From positions 23,622,001-23,686,000 of the forward strand of contig OZ024759.1 in assembly GCA_964016885.1 (NCBI GenBank): a stretch of DNA of 64,000 nucleotides. Reading direction: 5' to 3'. Every line of letters begins with the position of its first letter. Within the stretch, counting starts at the first letter, position 1. The stretch is from Eledone cirrhosa (taxonomy: Eukaryota). Shown here piece after piece: positions 1-14,900 of this stretch. Position numbers and translations under genes: made by a program. A model generated the notes under the pieces. It saw nothing but the letters and a program-made list of their open reading frames with translations. It was not told where the DNA came from and searched no databases.

Positions 1-149
1 AATAGATTCATCATCATCATCATCATTGTCATCGCCATCATTGTCGTCATCATCATCATCCTTGTCATTATTGTTGCCGTCATCTTTATCAGCCTTCGTA
101 GTGGCCATACTCGAAAACGAGTTGGCAGCCACCATATATATATATACCC

Positions 150-990
150 GCCGCCACAGTATCGGTAGCGGGCGGGTGAAACGCCATGCTTTGACTCATA
201 GAGTTACGGCCCTTGCCATTCTAAGTTCAAATCCCACCAAGGTTAACTTTGCCTTTCATCCTTACGGGGTCGATAAAATAAAATACCAGTAATGTACTGG
301 GTAATTGCTGGCCTTGCGCCAAAAGTAGAAACAATTATTTTATGTATGCTTTCCCAGCTAGCAAGGGATGGATGCATCTACACAGATGGCATCAGTACAA
401 AAAGGGGTCTACTGACCTCCCAGACAGGCGGGGGAGGCTCTGCATCTTTCTTATGTATGGTCTCAAGTCCTACGTTCTGAGTGCATAAGGAAGGTTGGTA
501 AATCTTTGATACAACTGAAAGGTCCTCCCAACCCTTTGTTAGCTTCTAACAAAGGCACAATTTGAAAGGAAAAGGGAAATGCTGATTAAATCGACTCCAG
601 TGCATTACTGGTACTTTAATTTATCCCCCCCATCTTCTCTAAAGATGATCAGAAAAGCTAACCTCGGCAGGATTTGAAGTCAGAATGCAATGGGCCATAA
701 CTCTATGCTGCATAGCATGTTGTCCGACGCTCTACTGATACTGCCAAACCACCACCCTTATATGCTGTAAATAATGGTTTCTGATTTAGGCACAAGGACA
801 ACAATTTTGGGGAGGGGAAATCGATTAAATCCACCCTAATGGATTACTGGCACCTTTTTATCGACCCTGTAAGGTTGAATGAAATGCACACCTAGCCCTG
901 GCAGAATTTGAATTCAGAATGTAAAGTGCTGTAACTAAATAACACAAACTATTTTGTCCTACGGTCTAATGATTCTGCCAAGTCACCATA
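150..990. mobile_element. Three SINE family 1 copies (~150-337 +, ~540-757 -, ~775-990 -)
   Basis: Match to 46031-46221. Confidence 0.8.
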
Positions 991-1212
991 CTTAACTAAC
1001 AACAATAACAACAATAATAATTACAAGAGCAACATGAACAACAATCACCCTCACCATCAAATATTTTTCCTAGAGCTGAACACAATGTGCCTCATGCATC
1101 ATATCCAGTCACATGGTTGAATAGTTCAGCCCCCAGCAAAAAGAATGTCAATTTGTTACAGATATTTATATATATATACACACCCATAACCATCCCAAAT
1201 AAATACCTTTAA

Positions 1213-1534
1213 CCCTTCAGTATTTAAACTGGCCACATCCTGCCAGAATTCTCTCATTTCTTTCTGTTCAAACTAGCTGTAACTTGCTACTCATACTAAT
1301 GCCAAGGTATTGTTCTGAAAATAAATAATTGTTTCTACTTTGGGCACAAGCAATTACCTAGTACATTACTGGTACTTTATTTTATCGACCCCGTAAGGAT
1401 GAAAGGTAAAGTTAACCTCAAATAAATAATATCAAAATCTCATAGATTTGATATTATCTGAGATAATTATGTGAGGTAAAGCCTTTACCATGAAAATACA
1501 ATAGTATATATAGAGTAATGTAAATGCTAAAGGG
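1213..1534. mobile_element. piggyBac-type MITE interrupted by a SINE fragment
   Basis: TTAA on both sides; TIRs CCCTTCAGTATTTA / TAAATGCTAAAGGG; uninterrupted copy at 40346-40543. Confidence 0.8.
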
Positions 1535-1560
1535 TTAACAACTACAAGAAATACCATATA

Positions 1561-1853
1561 CAGTATCTTCCCGCTTATTTGTGGTCTTAGTTATTAGCGG
1601 AACCACCACATTTTCGTAGAATCATAAATATGTTCGCAATGTTTTTTAAAGCATTTTTAATGCCTAAATTATTAATAACAATATATGTATTTGCCAACCT
1701 ATTGAAAGCCCCTTTGCATAGGACGCTACCTATTTTTTAAATTATATTTTGACGTTTATAGGCATTTTTATGGAACATGTCCAATATTCGCGGTTTTTCA
1801 CTCTTCACGGGACCTCTAGGAATGTAGCCCCTTCTAATACCAAGGAACAACTG
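1561..1853. mobile_element. Possible pogo/Tigger-like MITE
   Basis: TA-CAGT...ACTG-TA ends with degenerate TIRs. Confidence 0.35.
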
Positions 1854-2174
1854 TACATCTAAGATTATATATCATCTAAGATTATATATCATCATATTTC
1901 TTTCTAGTTGTTTAGATGATATACATACATTCGGAATGAGGATCCAACTAGGTTTGAAATACAATTAAAGGAGTCCATTTTAGTTTTTTCTTTTTTTGAG
2001 GGGGTTTAGGGAAATGTATATAATTGACATGTTTACATAATTATATACTAAACATGTGTATATTTATATATTTATATACACAACTATATAGTCTCAGTCA
2101 CAGCTTGCTATTTTCTGTATAGACACAGACATAACTAATATAAATTGGCCACTTAGCACACAATTATATAAATA

Positions 2175-2259
2175 CAGGGTCCCCCCCCCCCCAAAAAAAA
2201 AATATACACACTTCAACCGCATTCTAATAAATATGTGTATACATTTTTAGGACACCCTG
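2175..2259. mobile_element. Tc1/mariner-type mini-MITE
   Basis: TA-CAGGGT...GGACACCCTG-TA; related copy near 48013-48121 shares CACTTCAACCGCATTCTAATAAATAT. Confidence 0.65.
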
Positions 2260-2321
2260 TATCTATATATACATCTATGAATCTATCTATCTATCTATCT
2301 CTATATATATATATATATATA

Positions 2322-2600
2322 GTGAAAAGACCCCAGTTGTTGTCACAACACCTCTCTAAGAGAGGGAAACTCTGAAAATAAGCTGTGGCTGTGGAAGCAT
2401 CCAATGGTGTTGACCAGTTCTGCTTTTAGGGTAGTGTTTTTGATGCTCAGAGAGTGGGATTGGTCGAGGCTTATCCCCACTTAAAATACCTTTAAAGCAC
2501 ACGCATTGCTTGTCAGGATCTGTTACATGTTCGTGTGGCTGGCCATATCCTAAAAGTGCACCAATTTTCTGCGATTGCAATACTCTTAGCAGAGTTTGCA
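2322..2600 (+). mobile_element. Unclassified interspersed repeat
   Basis: Colinear with ~19405-19695; both end next to a TA-rich microsatellite. Confidence 0.7.
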
Positions 2601-2605
2601 GCCAT

Positions 2606-3250
<645 letters not shown>

Positions 3251-3654
3251 CTCCACTGCAAAGTGTTCGTGGAGGTGCCACGGCAAAAAACACCCAGCAC
3301 TCACTGTAAATGAGGTTGGTGTTAGGAAGGGCATCCAGCTGTAGAAATCAAGCCAGAATCAGTTCCCGTCCCGCCCTTGAAAGCAGGGAAAAGTGGACAT
3401 AAAATGAAATGAAATGATGATATATAACATCTTATACGAAATCACTGATGGGTAGAAGCATCTTTACCTAGTGATAAAATATTTATCCTGACTGCAGCTA
3501 CAAAACCCCTCAAGGATTTTGTATAAGATGTTCTATATGTATTTGCTTCTCTGAATGAGATTATTTTAGTGATACATGTATATATATATATATATGTATA
3601 CATGTATATATATGTATATATATATATATATATATACATGTATATATATATGTA

Positions 3655-3801
<147 letters not shown>

Positions 3802-3850
3802 ATATATATATATATATACATATATATATGTATATATGTATATATATATG

Positions 3851-3917
<67 letters not shown>

Positions 3918-3940
3918 GTATATATGTATATATATATGTA

Positions 3941-4013
<73 letters not shown>

Positions 4014-4582
4014 CATCATAGTTTTTATGTCTGCTTTTCCATGCTTGCATGGGTTGAATGGGCCCTTCTCAGCATGGTATCTCTCCACTTGTCGTGTTCT
4101 TTTGTTAGCTCCTCTTCCAGTCTTAGTGATTTGAGGTCAGCTCTCACAACCTCTGCCCAGGTCTTTCATTAGAAATATTGTAACAAAACTGTTTATACTT
4201 ATCTAAGATCTTCCCACGATAATTTTATGTAAGAACTGTTGTTATTCTCAAAATTGTTTCCATGTTTGACTCAAGGTCAGTATATCCAAGGGAAAGGGAA
4301 ATTCGATTAAATCGACTCAGGTATGTTACTGGTGCTTTATTCTATTGACCCTGTAATGATGAACAGTGAAACTAACCTTGTCAGGATTTGAACTGAGGAA
4401 GTAAAGGGCCATAACTCTATGCTGCAAAGTATGCTGACCAATGCTCTACCGATACTGCCAATCCACCATCAGTAAATTTCAAAATTATTATAAAATCATA
4501 GGCAGTGTATTTTGTGAGAAATGTGATAATGAAAGGATTAAAATGAATAGAGGATAGGGAAGAAAGAGCAAAGAAAATATAC

Positions 4583-4771
4583 CTTATATTTCAGATCTTG
4601 AAAATGTCCTGGTCTTGAATTTGTCGTTTCTACTTCAACCATAAACTGCTTAGTATAAGCATTTCCTTGGTTGGGTGAGAAGAGACTAAGTTTTGATATC
4701 AAAACTGGATATTTGAAGGATATTCCATTCTCCGATGCTGCTGTTTTCTGCACACCATCCTTCAAAAGTAT
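4583..4771 (-). CDS. Candidate 189-nt phase 0-0 exon (ILLKDGVQK...FQDLKYK)
   Basis: Open frame in unique sequence, upstream pyrimidine tract and AG, donor AAG|gtatat. Confidence 0.4.
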
Positions 4772-4950
4772 CTTTTTTTTAAAGGTTTCAATGAAGAAAA
4801 AAGAAAAAAATATAAATTAATTTAAATAAAAAACAATGTTATCTCCGACCGAGTCGAAGTGAGAGTGTATTTCAATACATAAAAATTGAGAAAACTCAAT
4901 CGTTTCTATATTTTGTCTGCCTTTCACCCACCTTGTGGATTGTCTCTCAG

Positions 4951-5042
4951 TTCATCAATGGCAGATGGTCTCTGTCTGCTGAGGCATTTTTACCCAACAC
5001 TGTCCTTGACAGCATTTAGCTGTTTTAACGGCTGTTTTAGCG
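4951..5042 (+). other. Candidate plus-strand exon
   Basis: Acceptor ttgtctctcag and donor CG|gtgagt around unique sequence; no partner exon established. Confidence 0.25.
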
Positions 5043-5711
5043 GTGAGTTTTCTCATTTTTTATGTATAAGAATTAATTTACATATTTTAACAAATGATTC
5101 AAATTTAGACTATATCAATTAATCTATGTTATAAAAATTGTATAGTATTTTTTGTCCGTCCATCACACAAATGCAACGATCTTATAAAATTGTTCTAAAC
5201 TGTTTATATAGACTTGATGAGATGCAACAAGATAAATAATTGTTTCTACTTTTGGCACAAGGTCAGCAATTACCCGAGTGTATTACTGGTACTTTATTTT
5301 ATTGACTCCATAATGATGAAAGGTAAAGTTAACCTCAGCGGGATTTGAATTCAGACCATAAAGGGTGGGGTGTTAGGACGTGGGTGGAGTGTTAGGATGT
5401 GGGAGGTTTAAGGAATGAGGGAGGGAGGGAAAAATGGGGCATACTAGATGTTTGGTGAGTATTCTAACATCCTTTCATTCTTGGCAGAGATCAGTTATTT
5501 TAAAAACTACGTCCTTTGTCTCTATTGCTCTATCTGTATGTGTGTACATATATAATTTTTTTCTTTCTTTCTTTCAATGATCGATTACATAGATCTTTTT
5601 TTAGCCATACTCACCATATAACACTATAACACTATAAGAAGCCAGTCCACTTCATGGTGGTGACCAACTCTTCCAATATAGCAGTGAGTAAAGTGCTGGT
5701 ACAGGGACCCA

Positions 5712-6305
5712 GAACACCAGAAGTCTCCATTGCTGCATTATTCAACCTATAGCAGTGACTAGTGAGGTTATTCATGGACCAAAAATCACCAGAGGTCTCC
5801 ATTGCTGCATTATTCAACCTATAGCAGTGACTAGTGAGGTTATTCAAGGACCAAAAACACCAGAAGTCTCCATTGCTGTATTATTCAACCTATAGCAGTG
5901 ACTAGTGAGGTTATTCAAGGACCAAAAATCACCAGAAGTCTCCATTGCTGCATTATTCAACCTATAGCAGTGACTAGTGAGGTTATTCAAGGACCAAAAA
6001 CACCAGAAGTCTCCATTGCTGCATTATTCAACTTATAGCAGTGACTAGTGAGGTTATTCAAGGACCAAAAATCACCAGAGGTCTCCATTGCTGCATTATT
6101 CAACCTATAGCAGTGACTAGTGAGGTGATTCAAGGACCAAAAATCACCAGAAGTCTCCATTGCTGGATTATTCAACCTATAGCAGTGACTAGTGAGGTGA
6201 TTCAAGGACCAAAAATCACCAGAAGTCTCCATTGCTGGATTATTCAACCTATAGCAGTGACTAGTGAGGTGATTCAAGGACCATAAAAACACCAGAAGTC
6301 TCCAT
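5712..6305. repeat. 71-72-bp minisatellite, about 8 copies
   Basis: Unit CCAGAAGTCTCCATTGCTGCATTATTCAACCTATAGCAGTGACTAGTGAGGTTATTCAAGGACCAAAAA(T)CA. Confidence 0.95.
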
Positions 6306-6416
6306 CACCGTTTGGGTCAATACAAGTAAGTTTTAATAGAATGTCTATATGCGTGTCTCGGTGGGAATCAACACTAAATTATTTATTTCAACTACTATTG
6401 GTTGTAATACGAAGGT

Positions 6417-6647
6417 ATGATGATGATGATGATGGCGACGGTAATAAAGATGACGATGAAGACATCCATTATGATGGTAATGATGACGGCGATGCTGGTA
6501 ATGGCAATGATGATGATGGTGACGTTGATGAAGGCGACGACTACGATGGTGATGATGATGAAGATGATGATGATGATGATGGTGATGGCGATGATGATGA
6601 CGAAAACGACGATGATGATGATGATGATGATGATGGTGATGTTGACA

Positions 6648-6693
<46 letters not shown>
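6417..6693. repeat. (GAT)n microsatellite, partly degenerate
   Basis: Direct reading. Confidence 0.95.
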
Positions 6694-7122
6694 CACACAG
6701 GTGTCGGTGGTGTTGAAGGTAAGGGGGGTAGCGATGGAGAGGTAAACAAATATGAAGTTATTTCTATGACTAGATTACGTGCCCTTACGGTCAACCCCCG
6801 CTGATCAGAAACAGTAGTAAAATAGGAAGGAGTGGTGTATTGTCGTGTCAGGAAAGAAGATTAATATTACAAGATTTTACCGGTGACGAGGCTGACCCAA
6901 ATAAAGAGAAGTTAAAATGCAATGATATGGTGTATCATTTGATAAATTGGCGACTTGATAAGACGTTGAACACCAACCAAACAACAGTAGCTACCACACA
7001 TTATATTCTGAGTTCAAATCCCGCCGAGGTTGACTTTGCCTTTCATCCTTACGGGGTCGATAAAATAAAGTACCAGTAATGCACTGGGTAATTGCTGGCC
7101 TTGTGCCTAAAGTAGAAAAAAT

Positions 7123-7265
<143 letters not shown>

Positions 7266-7281
7266 TCTCTCTCCCCCCTCA

Positions 7282-7357
<76 letters not shown>

Positions 7358-7358
7358 G

Positions 7359-7477
7359 AAGGCGTGTGGCTGAGTGGTTAGAGAATTGGATTCGCAATCG
7401 TAAGGTTGTGAGTTCGATTCCTGGACCCGGCGATGCGTTATGTCCTTGAGCAAGACACTTTATTTCACGTTGCTCCT
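7359..7477 (+). mobile_element. tRNA-derived SINE family 2
   Basis: Matches 3111-3250. Confidence 0.8.
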
Positions 7478-7585
7478 TCTACCTGGAGTTGCGACCGATA
7501 GATAGTATTAGCAATTGGAAAGACCAACGGAAACATTGTTCCCTCGGTCCGATTTGACGAAAGTCGATCGTTCCTTTATATATAT

Positions 7586-7990
7586 CTAAGGCGGGTAAAA
7601 TTCCCGAGATCCATGGACGAGTTCTCTCCAGCGGTCTCTGTCCCTCATTATCGCTGCCATATCCTGCATCTCCAACAGACCAGTGTATGTCCTTAGGGCT
7701 TCAACATATGTTAACCTTGGTCTTCCTCTTCTAGTGTGTCCATGTAGGGGCTCCCAAAGGAGCACTGAGTGCAATGTCAACTCTGGATGTCGGTTAGCAT
7801 GTCCAGCCAACCTCAGTCTCCTCTGTGTCACTTTTGAGCTGACTTTTGGGATGCTCCCATACAGCTCTGAGTTTTTCATCCTCAGTGTATACTGATTAAT
7901 GTTCAGAGCCATCCTCAGCATTCTCGTGTAGCACCCATCCACCATCTGAGTGAGTTTCTTGGACAGCGCCTTGCACTGGAGAAACACCAG
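7586..7990 (-). mobile_element. 3' fragment of a second RTE-like LINE
   Basis: GCYTRMLRMALNI..QRRLRLAGH..RRGRPRLTY..DRDRWR. Confidence 0.85.
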
Positions 7991-8068
7991 GACTCTGGCT
8001 TTACTGTAGCACCGGCTCAGAGTAGGAGAGTTGGGGCGAAAAAGGTATCGGATGCTGAATTTGCCGAC

Positions 8069-8107
<39 letters not shown>

Positions 8108-8311
8108 TATCTATATATATATCCAGGGAGTGTAACGCGAAGTTACTGTAGGTTCACCCAGGTGAGCACTTGATGTTTAGGTTCATCTACAATCTCTTCC
8201 ACAGTTTTGACAGGTATGATTCATACATACATACATACATACATACATACATACATACATACATACGTACGTACGTACGTATGTATGTATGTATGTATGT
8301 ATGTATGTATG

Positions 8312-8563
8312 TATCATACCTGTCAAGCATCTGGAAGAGATTGTAGATCAGCAGGAGGGCTTAAAGGACATGCAAAAGTACATAAAGTCTTACAGTTGGC
8401 TTTTGCCAGTGAATATTTTGGCTGCCAACATGTGCAAGACGTGTTTTATTGGCTAGGCTAAAAAGCCACATTCGATTGCAGCAACGTTAATTATTAATAT
8501 ATATGTGTGTGCTTTTTTCTTTTTCGTGCAATGGTCATACTCGAGAACGAGGGGGAAGCCATC
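8312..8563 (+). mobile_element. 3' end fragment of the same RTE family
   Basis: Similar to the reverse complement of 38612-38860 (CRSAGGLKGHAKVH and 3' UTR). Confidence 0.8.
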
Positions 8564-8637
8564 ATATATATATACTACCCTAAGTATTGAGTACTCTGGT
8601 GCGTTATGGTCCATCTGGTTCATTACCACAATTCCTT

Positions 8638-8689
<52 letters not shown>

Positions 8690-8694
<5 letters not shown>

Positions 8695-8879
8695 AACAAG
8701 TAAGACCCCGACGGCTGAGCTCAAGCCGTTTCGACGGCTAATTCTGTACAGAATTAGCCGTCGAAACGGCTTGAGCTCAGCCGTCGGGGTGTTACTTGTT
8801 CCTATTACCCACTCTACTACCCTAAGTATTGAGTACTTTGGTGCGTTATGGTCCATCTGGTTCCTTACCACAATTCCCT

Positions 8880-8882
<3 letters not shown>
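8690..8882. repeat. Fold-back element family A (near-perfect ~115-bp palindrome plus tail)
   Basis: Palindrome 8690-8806 centred near 8746; related pieces at 8575-8642, 9147-9262, 17474-17668, 38316-38415, 41237-41431, 54333-54468. Confidence 0.85.
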
Positions 8883-8963
<81 letters not shown>

Positions 8964-9010
8964 TAGGAGGTGAGTTTTATTGTAGCACAATAAATGCGCA
9001 TTATAAATAC

Positions 9011-9123
<113 letters not shown>

Positions 9124-9408
9124 TGTGTGTATCTATCCATCTATATAACAAAGAAGGTGTGGTAAGAGCCCAGGTGGACCATAACCCACCAGAGTGTTCG
9201 ATACTGGATCTAGCTGTCGGAACAGCCGGAGCTCAGCTGTCGGAGTCCTGACTCTTTACCTATCTTTCTATATACATATATGTATGTATCTATATCTATA
9301 TGTGTGTGTGTGTGTGTGTGTATAAAAGGTAAACAGAAATAACAACACAATCGGTACAGTATTTGGAAGGATTATATTAGGTTAACACTTGAAATAGTAG
9401 GAAGAGGG

Positions 9409-9444
9409 TCTTAACGTTTCGGACGCTAGTCCATCATCAGAAGA
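9409..9444 (-). ncRNA. Minimal type I hammerhead ribozyme
   Basis: tctt-CTGATGA-t-ggac/tagc/gtcc-GAAA-cg-TT-aaga; palindromic ACGT stem III. Confidence 0.7.
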
Positions 9445-9553
9445 ATAGTTCAAGAAATGACAAGATAAACACAGAGATGCAAAAACACAAACTTATTAGT
9501 TTCACGCTTTCATGTGTGTGTGTGTGTGTTCATAACTATATAAACACATACAT

Positions 9554-9597
<44 letters not shown>

Positions 9598-9949
9598 TCC
9601 AATAGAGATTTTCGTTGTTTAAATATGACAAGGAAACAATAAATTTCCATAAATGGGAGTTTTGGGTTTTGAAATGGCGAGGATAGTTTCAGTTGAATGA
9701 AGTAACCCCCCCCCCCCCCGACAGTGCGCCTACTAATACGAAGGTGGACTGAAAGGTTCATAGGGTAACTCTGAATGAGTGATGCTAGAGCTGTGAATGA
9801 AATCTTGCATTCTTTAATTTCAACTCTTCTTATTAAGAGCTGCATTGTTTTTTTTCCCAGAGACTATGTTGAAAAATAAACCCCATTTGGTCATTCCACG
9901 ATAGTATCTTAGTCACCCTATGAATCTTTCAGTCGACCCTCATATATAT

Positions 9950-10165
9950 AATTGTTTCTGCGTTTGGCACAAAGCCAGCAATTTGAAGGGAGCTGAAAAG
10001 TTGATTAAATCGACCCCAGTACATCACTGATGCTTTATTTTATCGATTCCGTAGGGATGAAAGGCTAAGCTAACCTCGGCGGAAATTGAACTCAGAACGT
10101 AAAGGGCCGTAACTCTGTGCCGTGAAGTAAGGTGTCTGACGCTCTACCGATTCTGTCAATCTACT
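9950..10165 (-). mobile_element. SINE family 1
   Basis: Match to 46031-46221 (long-tail variant). Confidence 0.8.
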
Positions 10166-10609
10166 GCTCTATTACGCAGTCAATAATGGCAGCAATAGCG
10201 TTGTACGTATTTAATTTTTGGAGTCCAGGATTTTTATAACATACATATTGTATGTGAATACTGACACGTGGAACTGATTAAAAATAATAACGAGATTTTT
10301 ATAATATAATTCAAATATAATATATCAGTATGTTTTATTAAGTATTTTCTTATCCTATATATTATTCCTTACTTTACCATTATATATATCTTTATATGTT
10401 TTTCCTACTATATATATTATGTATCTTATATATTTTGCTACTATTGTCTTATGATACGCCTTGTTATAAATAAATCAATACAATTAATATACAAAGCATA
10501 TAAATAAATTTACAGTAGAATAACATAACAAATATGTTTTAAATATATACATGAATAACACTACAAATGTTTAAATAACATTATAAATTGCTCGCGATGC
10601 TAAATATAA

Positions 10610-10805
10610 GGGCGGTGAATTGGCAGTATCGGTGGAGGGTCGGACGCCATGTTTTCCAGCATAGGTACGTCCCTTTACGGTCTAAGTTCAAATCCCGTCG
10701 AGGTTAACTTTGCCTTTCATCCTTACGGAGAGGAGGGGTCGATAAATAAAGTACCAGTAATGTACTGAGTAATTGCTGGCCTTGTGCCCAAAATAGAAAC
10801 AATTA
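10610..10805 (+). mobile_element. SINE family 1
   Basis: A/B boxes, core and tail. Confidence 0.85.
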
Positions 10806-11164
10806 TATGCTAAATAGAAATTCTATAAATATTCAGTTTGTACAAATGACATTGGGGATTAAATATATGAGTAAATTTGGAGAATTATATATCCAGAGCT
10901 ACAAATTAGAAAGTGTACTTCTTATTGTAGCAACATCACTAAACACGATAATGAATTGTGTATGTGTGCGCGCCTTTGTGTGTATTTTAGACGAATACAC
11001 ACACACACACACACAAATATATATACATATAGGAGTTACAGACAAATATATATATATATATATATATTTATTAAAATAACAGATTAAAGTTTAAGCAAAG
11101 AATCGCTGCTTTCACCCTTAACGGGATCTTCTTTGGATTTTAGTCTTGAAATTTATTATTATTA

Positions 11165-11235
<71 letters not shown>

Positions 11236-11342
11236 CCTGTGTGTGTGTGTGTGTGTGTATTTTATGTATATTAATAGTAATAATAAATGTGAAGATTAAA
11301 ATCCGAAGAGGGCTCAATAAAGATTATATATATTCCTTTATT

Positions 11343-11384
<42 letters not shown>

Positions 11385-11727
11385 CGTAGACCAAATATTT
11401 GTTATAAGAGTTTCAGAAGATCCCGTTAAGGGTGAAAGCAGCCATTCTTTGCTTAAACTTTAATCTGTTCTTATAATAAATATATAAATGTATGTATATA
11501 TATAAATAAATACATATACGCGCACACAAACATTTACACACAGACTCACACACATATATATATATACATGTACGTATATCTACGCACGGCGTATAACTAT
11601 AGTTGATAGTGTGTGTGCTTGTGTGTGTGCGATTTTTAAGGAAACGTTTATAGAATAATCTAAACGTTTCTTCCATCTAAACTGGAATAAATTTCATGCC
11701 AAGAAGAATAGTGGTGAAGAGAACAAC

Positions 11728-11830
11728 TTCACGCGTAAAACGGAAGTGAACGGTGGAAGCGAAAACGCGTGGTCATTCAACATTCACATGAAACACGCGC
11801 CAACGGTTTTTTTTTTACTTTCTTTCGCGA
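11728..11830 (+). promoter_or_regulatory. Putative promoter of the SKICH gene
   Basis: CpG-containing patch 120-220 nt upstream of the ATG, with ETS-type CGGAAGTG (11741-11748), ACGCGT twice and TTTCGCG. Confidence 0.4.
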
Positions 11831-11952
11831 GAGGAGAAACGCTGTGATGAAATTTATCTTTTCACTTTAAAGGCAACAACCGTCCGACGTGGTGTTATTA
11901 ATTTTTAAAAAAAACCAACAGCTACTGCGTCTACAGGGTCCCATTTTAAATT

Positions 11953-14900
11953 ATGGCAGATCTTAATGTAGAGTTGCCACAAAGAACTGATAACAAAATG
12001 AAGGTAAAAGACCTTGTATTATTTCATAACATTCGTTCGACCTATGAGCCGAACGAAAATGTTACTCTTACTTATTCTTTAAAACATTTATTTACTCCAA
12101 ATTTGGACGACTGGATTGGAGTTTTTCCCGTGTATTGGACTTCGGTTAATGATTGTGTTGATTCAGTCTGGTCAAGCACCCATCATTCAATGGAAACAAA
12201 TAATACTAGAAAAGTTAATTTCCAATTTCAATTCCCTTCGAACAACTCCTTTAGATACGCTTTTGCATATTTAAACAATCGTTGTGAAGTTTTGGGTATC
12301 AGTTCACCGTTTAAAATAGTTGCTAGCAACCCGAGAGATAGTGTGAATGTCGCGAGGCCTATAGACAATGTAACATCTGTAAAGGTAAATGATGAAGTTT
12401 TACAATGTTCTAATAACTGGCTGCCATTGATTCAGAAGCGACGAGACAAAATCACCGCCCTCCGTGATATAATTTGCCCGGTTCCACCTTACCTTAGAAC
12501 TTCGAGTACTCCTGGGATGTCAATAGAGAATACTGATGATAATATAAATGTTCCAGATTTAGAACAAACAACATCGGAAGATAGCAGGAGGACAGCGGAA
12601 TTTATTGATTTATATGATATGTGTAAGGAAAGTCCCAACACTGAAAATTACTCCGATTCTTGGCAAAGCGAAGCAAACATCATACGAAATAGACACAATG
12701 CAAAGAAACATAAAAATAAAGAAGAAAATGACCTGGACGTTCTTGAGGACGAGTCGGTCAATTCGAAAGCAATTATGAGAAAAGGGAATCGCGACGTGAT
12801 AGCTTATACTCCGAAAAACAGATCTTTGTATTATCCAAAAGAATTATACATGCAGAAATGTTTTCTAAGAAATTCATGGAATGTTCATATGTTGAGTAAA
12901 CTAAAAAAACTGCCAAGTCGTGTTACACGTCAAGACGATGTAGTGAACATTTGCAAGAGTAAAGGACAGAACCTGGATCAAAATGTGGTCAATTCAGGAG
13001 AATATGAGACGGATTCAAAAGAAAATGGTGCCATGCAAAACGTATCTAAAAACGATTATACGAAGATGAACGAGGCCCTTGCCTATTACAAGAATTTAAC
13101 TGAAGCTAACCTGCTAGAAATTGAAAAATTAGTTAAGATTATCAGGGACCTTCAAAGAGAAGTTGAATGTGTGAAAGCAATGAAGTTTGGCTTTGAATGG
13201 AGATTGATGAAGCAAGGTAATGACATCGGAAAACTGAAGGATCAATTAAAAGGAAGTGTTGAAAACCACTGGAAACAAGTGATAGCACTCGAGAAAGAAA
13301 AAACCTTACTCAAAAGACTAAACTATGATCTTCAGAAAAAGGTGACTGAGACTTTATCCGAATTGGAACAAGTTAAAATTTGTAACACGAACATAACCAA
13401 GAAACTGCATTCGATGCTCAGTTGTAAACTGTCATATGGTTCTTGTTCGTCTGATCAATTGAATCAAACTGGTATCAGCGACAATGTGAACGATAAAGAA
13501 AAGGCTACTTCCGAAGAATATGCTGTCAATGCTAGACCATTCGTTTCTGATGATTCTTACAAAATCAACTCATTGGAGAAAACGAACACCAATGACACAC
13601 TTTTTCAAAATGATATGGGGAGTTTGGACAACTTTCACCGGAAGACATCGTCACAAAGTTGTGATCCATTTAAGAGTAATCATGACGACATTGATAAAAT
13701 GGATCCAAACAGTGTCACAAATAAAACGAAACTGAAAGAAATCCCTTTGGACAAGCATGCGCACGATGAAAACAAATCACTTCCTTTTTGTGCTTCGTTT
13801 CCATTCAAGAATATATGTAAGCTTAATCCAAATTCATTGAAAAATTTCTTTAGTTCACCAAACAAAGAGGTTCGTTCTAAAGCAGAAGATAAGGACGTGG
13901 CACAAAACAAATTTGATAGGCATTACAGAACTAATAAATCTACGAACACGCCAAAATCCAAAGACGATGAGGATGTATATTCCGAGTCTGATGCGGAATT
14001 AGAATTAACGTCTCAAAATAGAGACTGTGTACAACAACTGAATGGTTTTCATCATTCGAATGATACAAGTAATTCTAATAATCCTACAGTTTCGACAGAG
14101 AGACATGTGACGGTTGTCGTAAACAAACAGCAAAAGTATAATAATGAGTCAGAGCCAACAGATAAAAGAAAACAGTTGGACAACGAAAATTTAAGTTATG
14201 ATAACACACATGACGATAGTTTAAAAGATATGAGTTTCCCCAACAGCACCCCGGCCAACTCAGAGTTTCACTGGTGGTCGAGTGAGATGTCTTCGGAATC
14301 AGAAAGTGTTAGCTCGTTCAACGATAGAAAATCTGATTCCGATTCGTTGAGTGAAGACGAAAGTACTATGACTAAACAAACTGCCAGGGAAAAGCCAGCG
14401 AGTCACCAAAGATCCGACATCAATAACTATACCGAATCGATACAGGATAAAGACAAGAAGTTTGCGTCCTTTGGTCCAGCTTTAAATGAAGAATATATTT
14501 CAACTTATCAGCGTTTTAAAACTGACGGCTGCATAAAAGTTAAACCTCAGAATTCACGAAAGATATCTTTTGAAAACCAGGAAATGTTAATGCAGCCTAA
14601 TTTACAAGATGCTTCAACGCCAAACACGGAGAACTCATTTCAAAAGTTAAAAGAGATTCGTTGGATGTTTTCCGGTAACAAAGTTGAAGAGAACCACAAC
14701 GACGAAGGATTCCCTGGTCATTTAGAAAAGTCATTACACCTTGAAAACTACGAAGAGGAATCTAACACGCCTTTCTCTTTATCTGCATTGAATTCCAATT
14801 ATTTAGAAAGAAATAACACTTCCGAGCCAGGTACAAGCGAAGGAGAACTGTTTGGAGCTTATATCCCTAACGACAAGAAACAAGGCAGCAACCCTGAAGG

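Noticed and set aside
5632-6292. Repeat-protein ORFs in the 72-bp array
   Set aside because: Mixed 71/72-bp units shift the frame; no coding support
6341-6794. Poly-D, poly-H and poly-M ORFs
   Set aside because: Frames of a (GAT)n microsatellite; no splice or domain support
13548-13554. CTGATGA inside the SKICH ORF
   Set aside because: No paired stems or correctly placed GAAA; chance match
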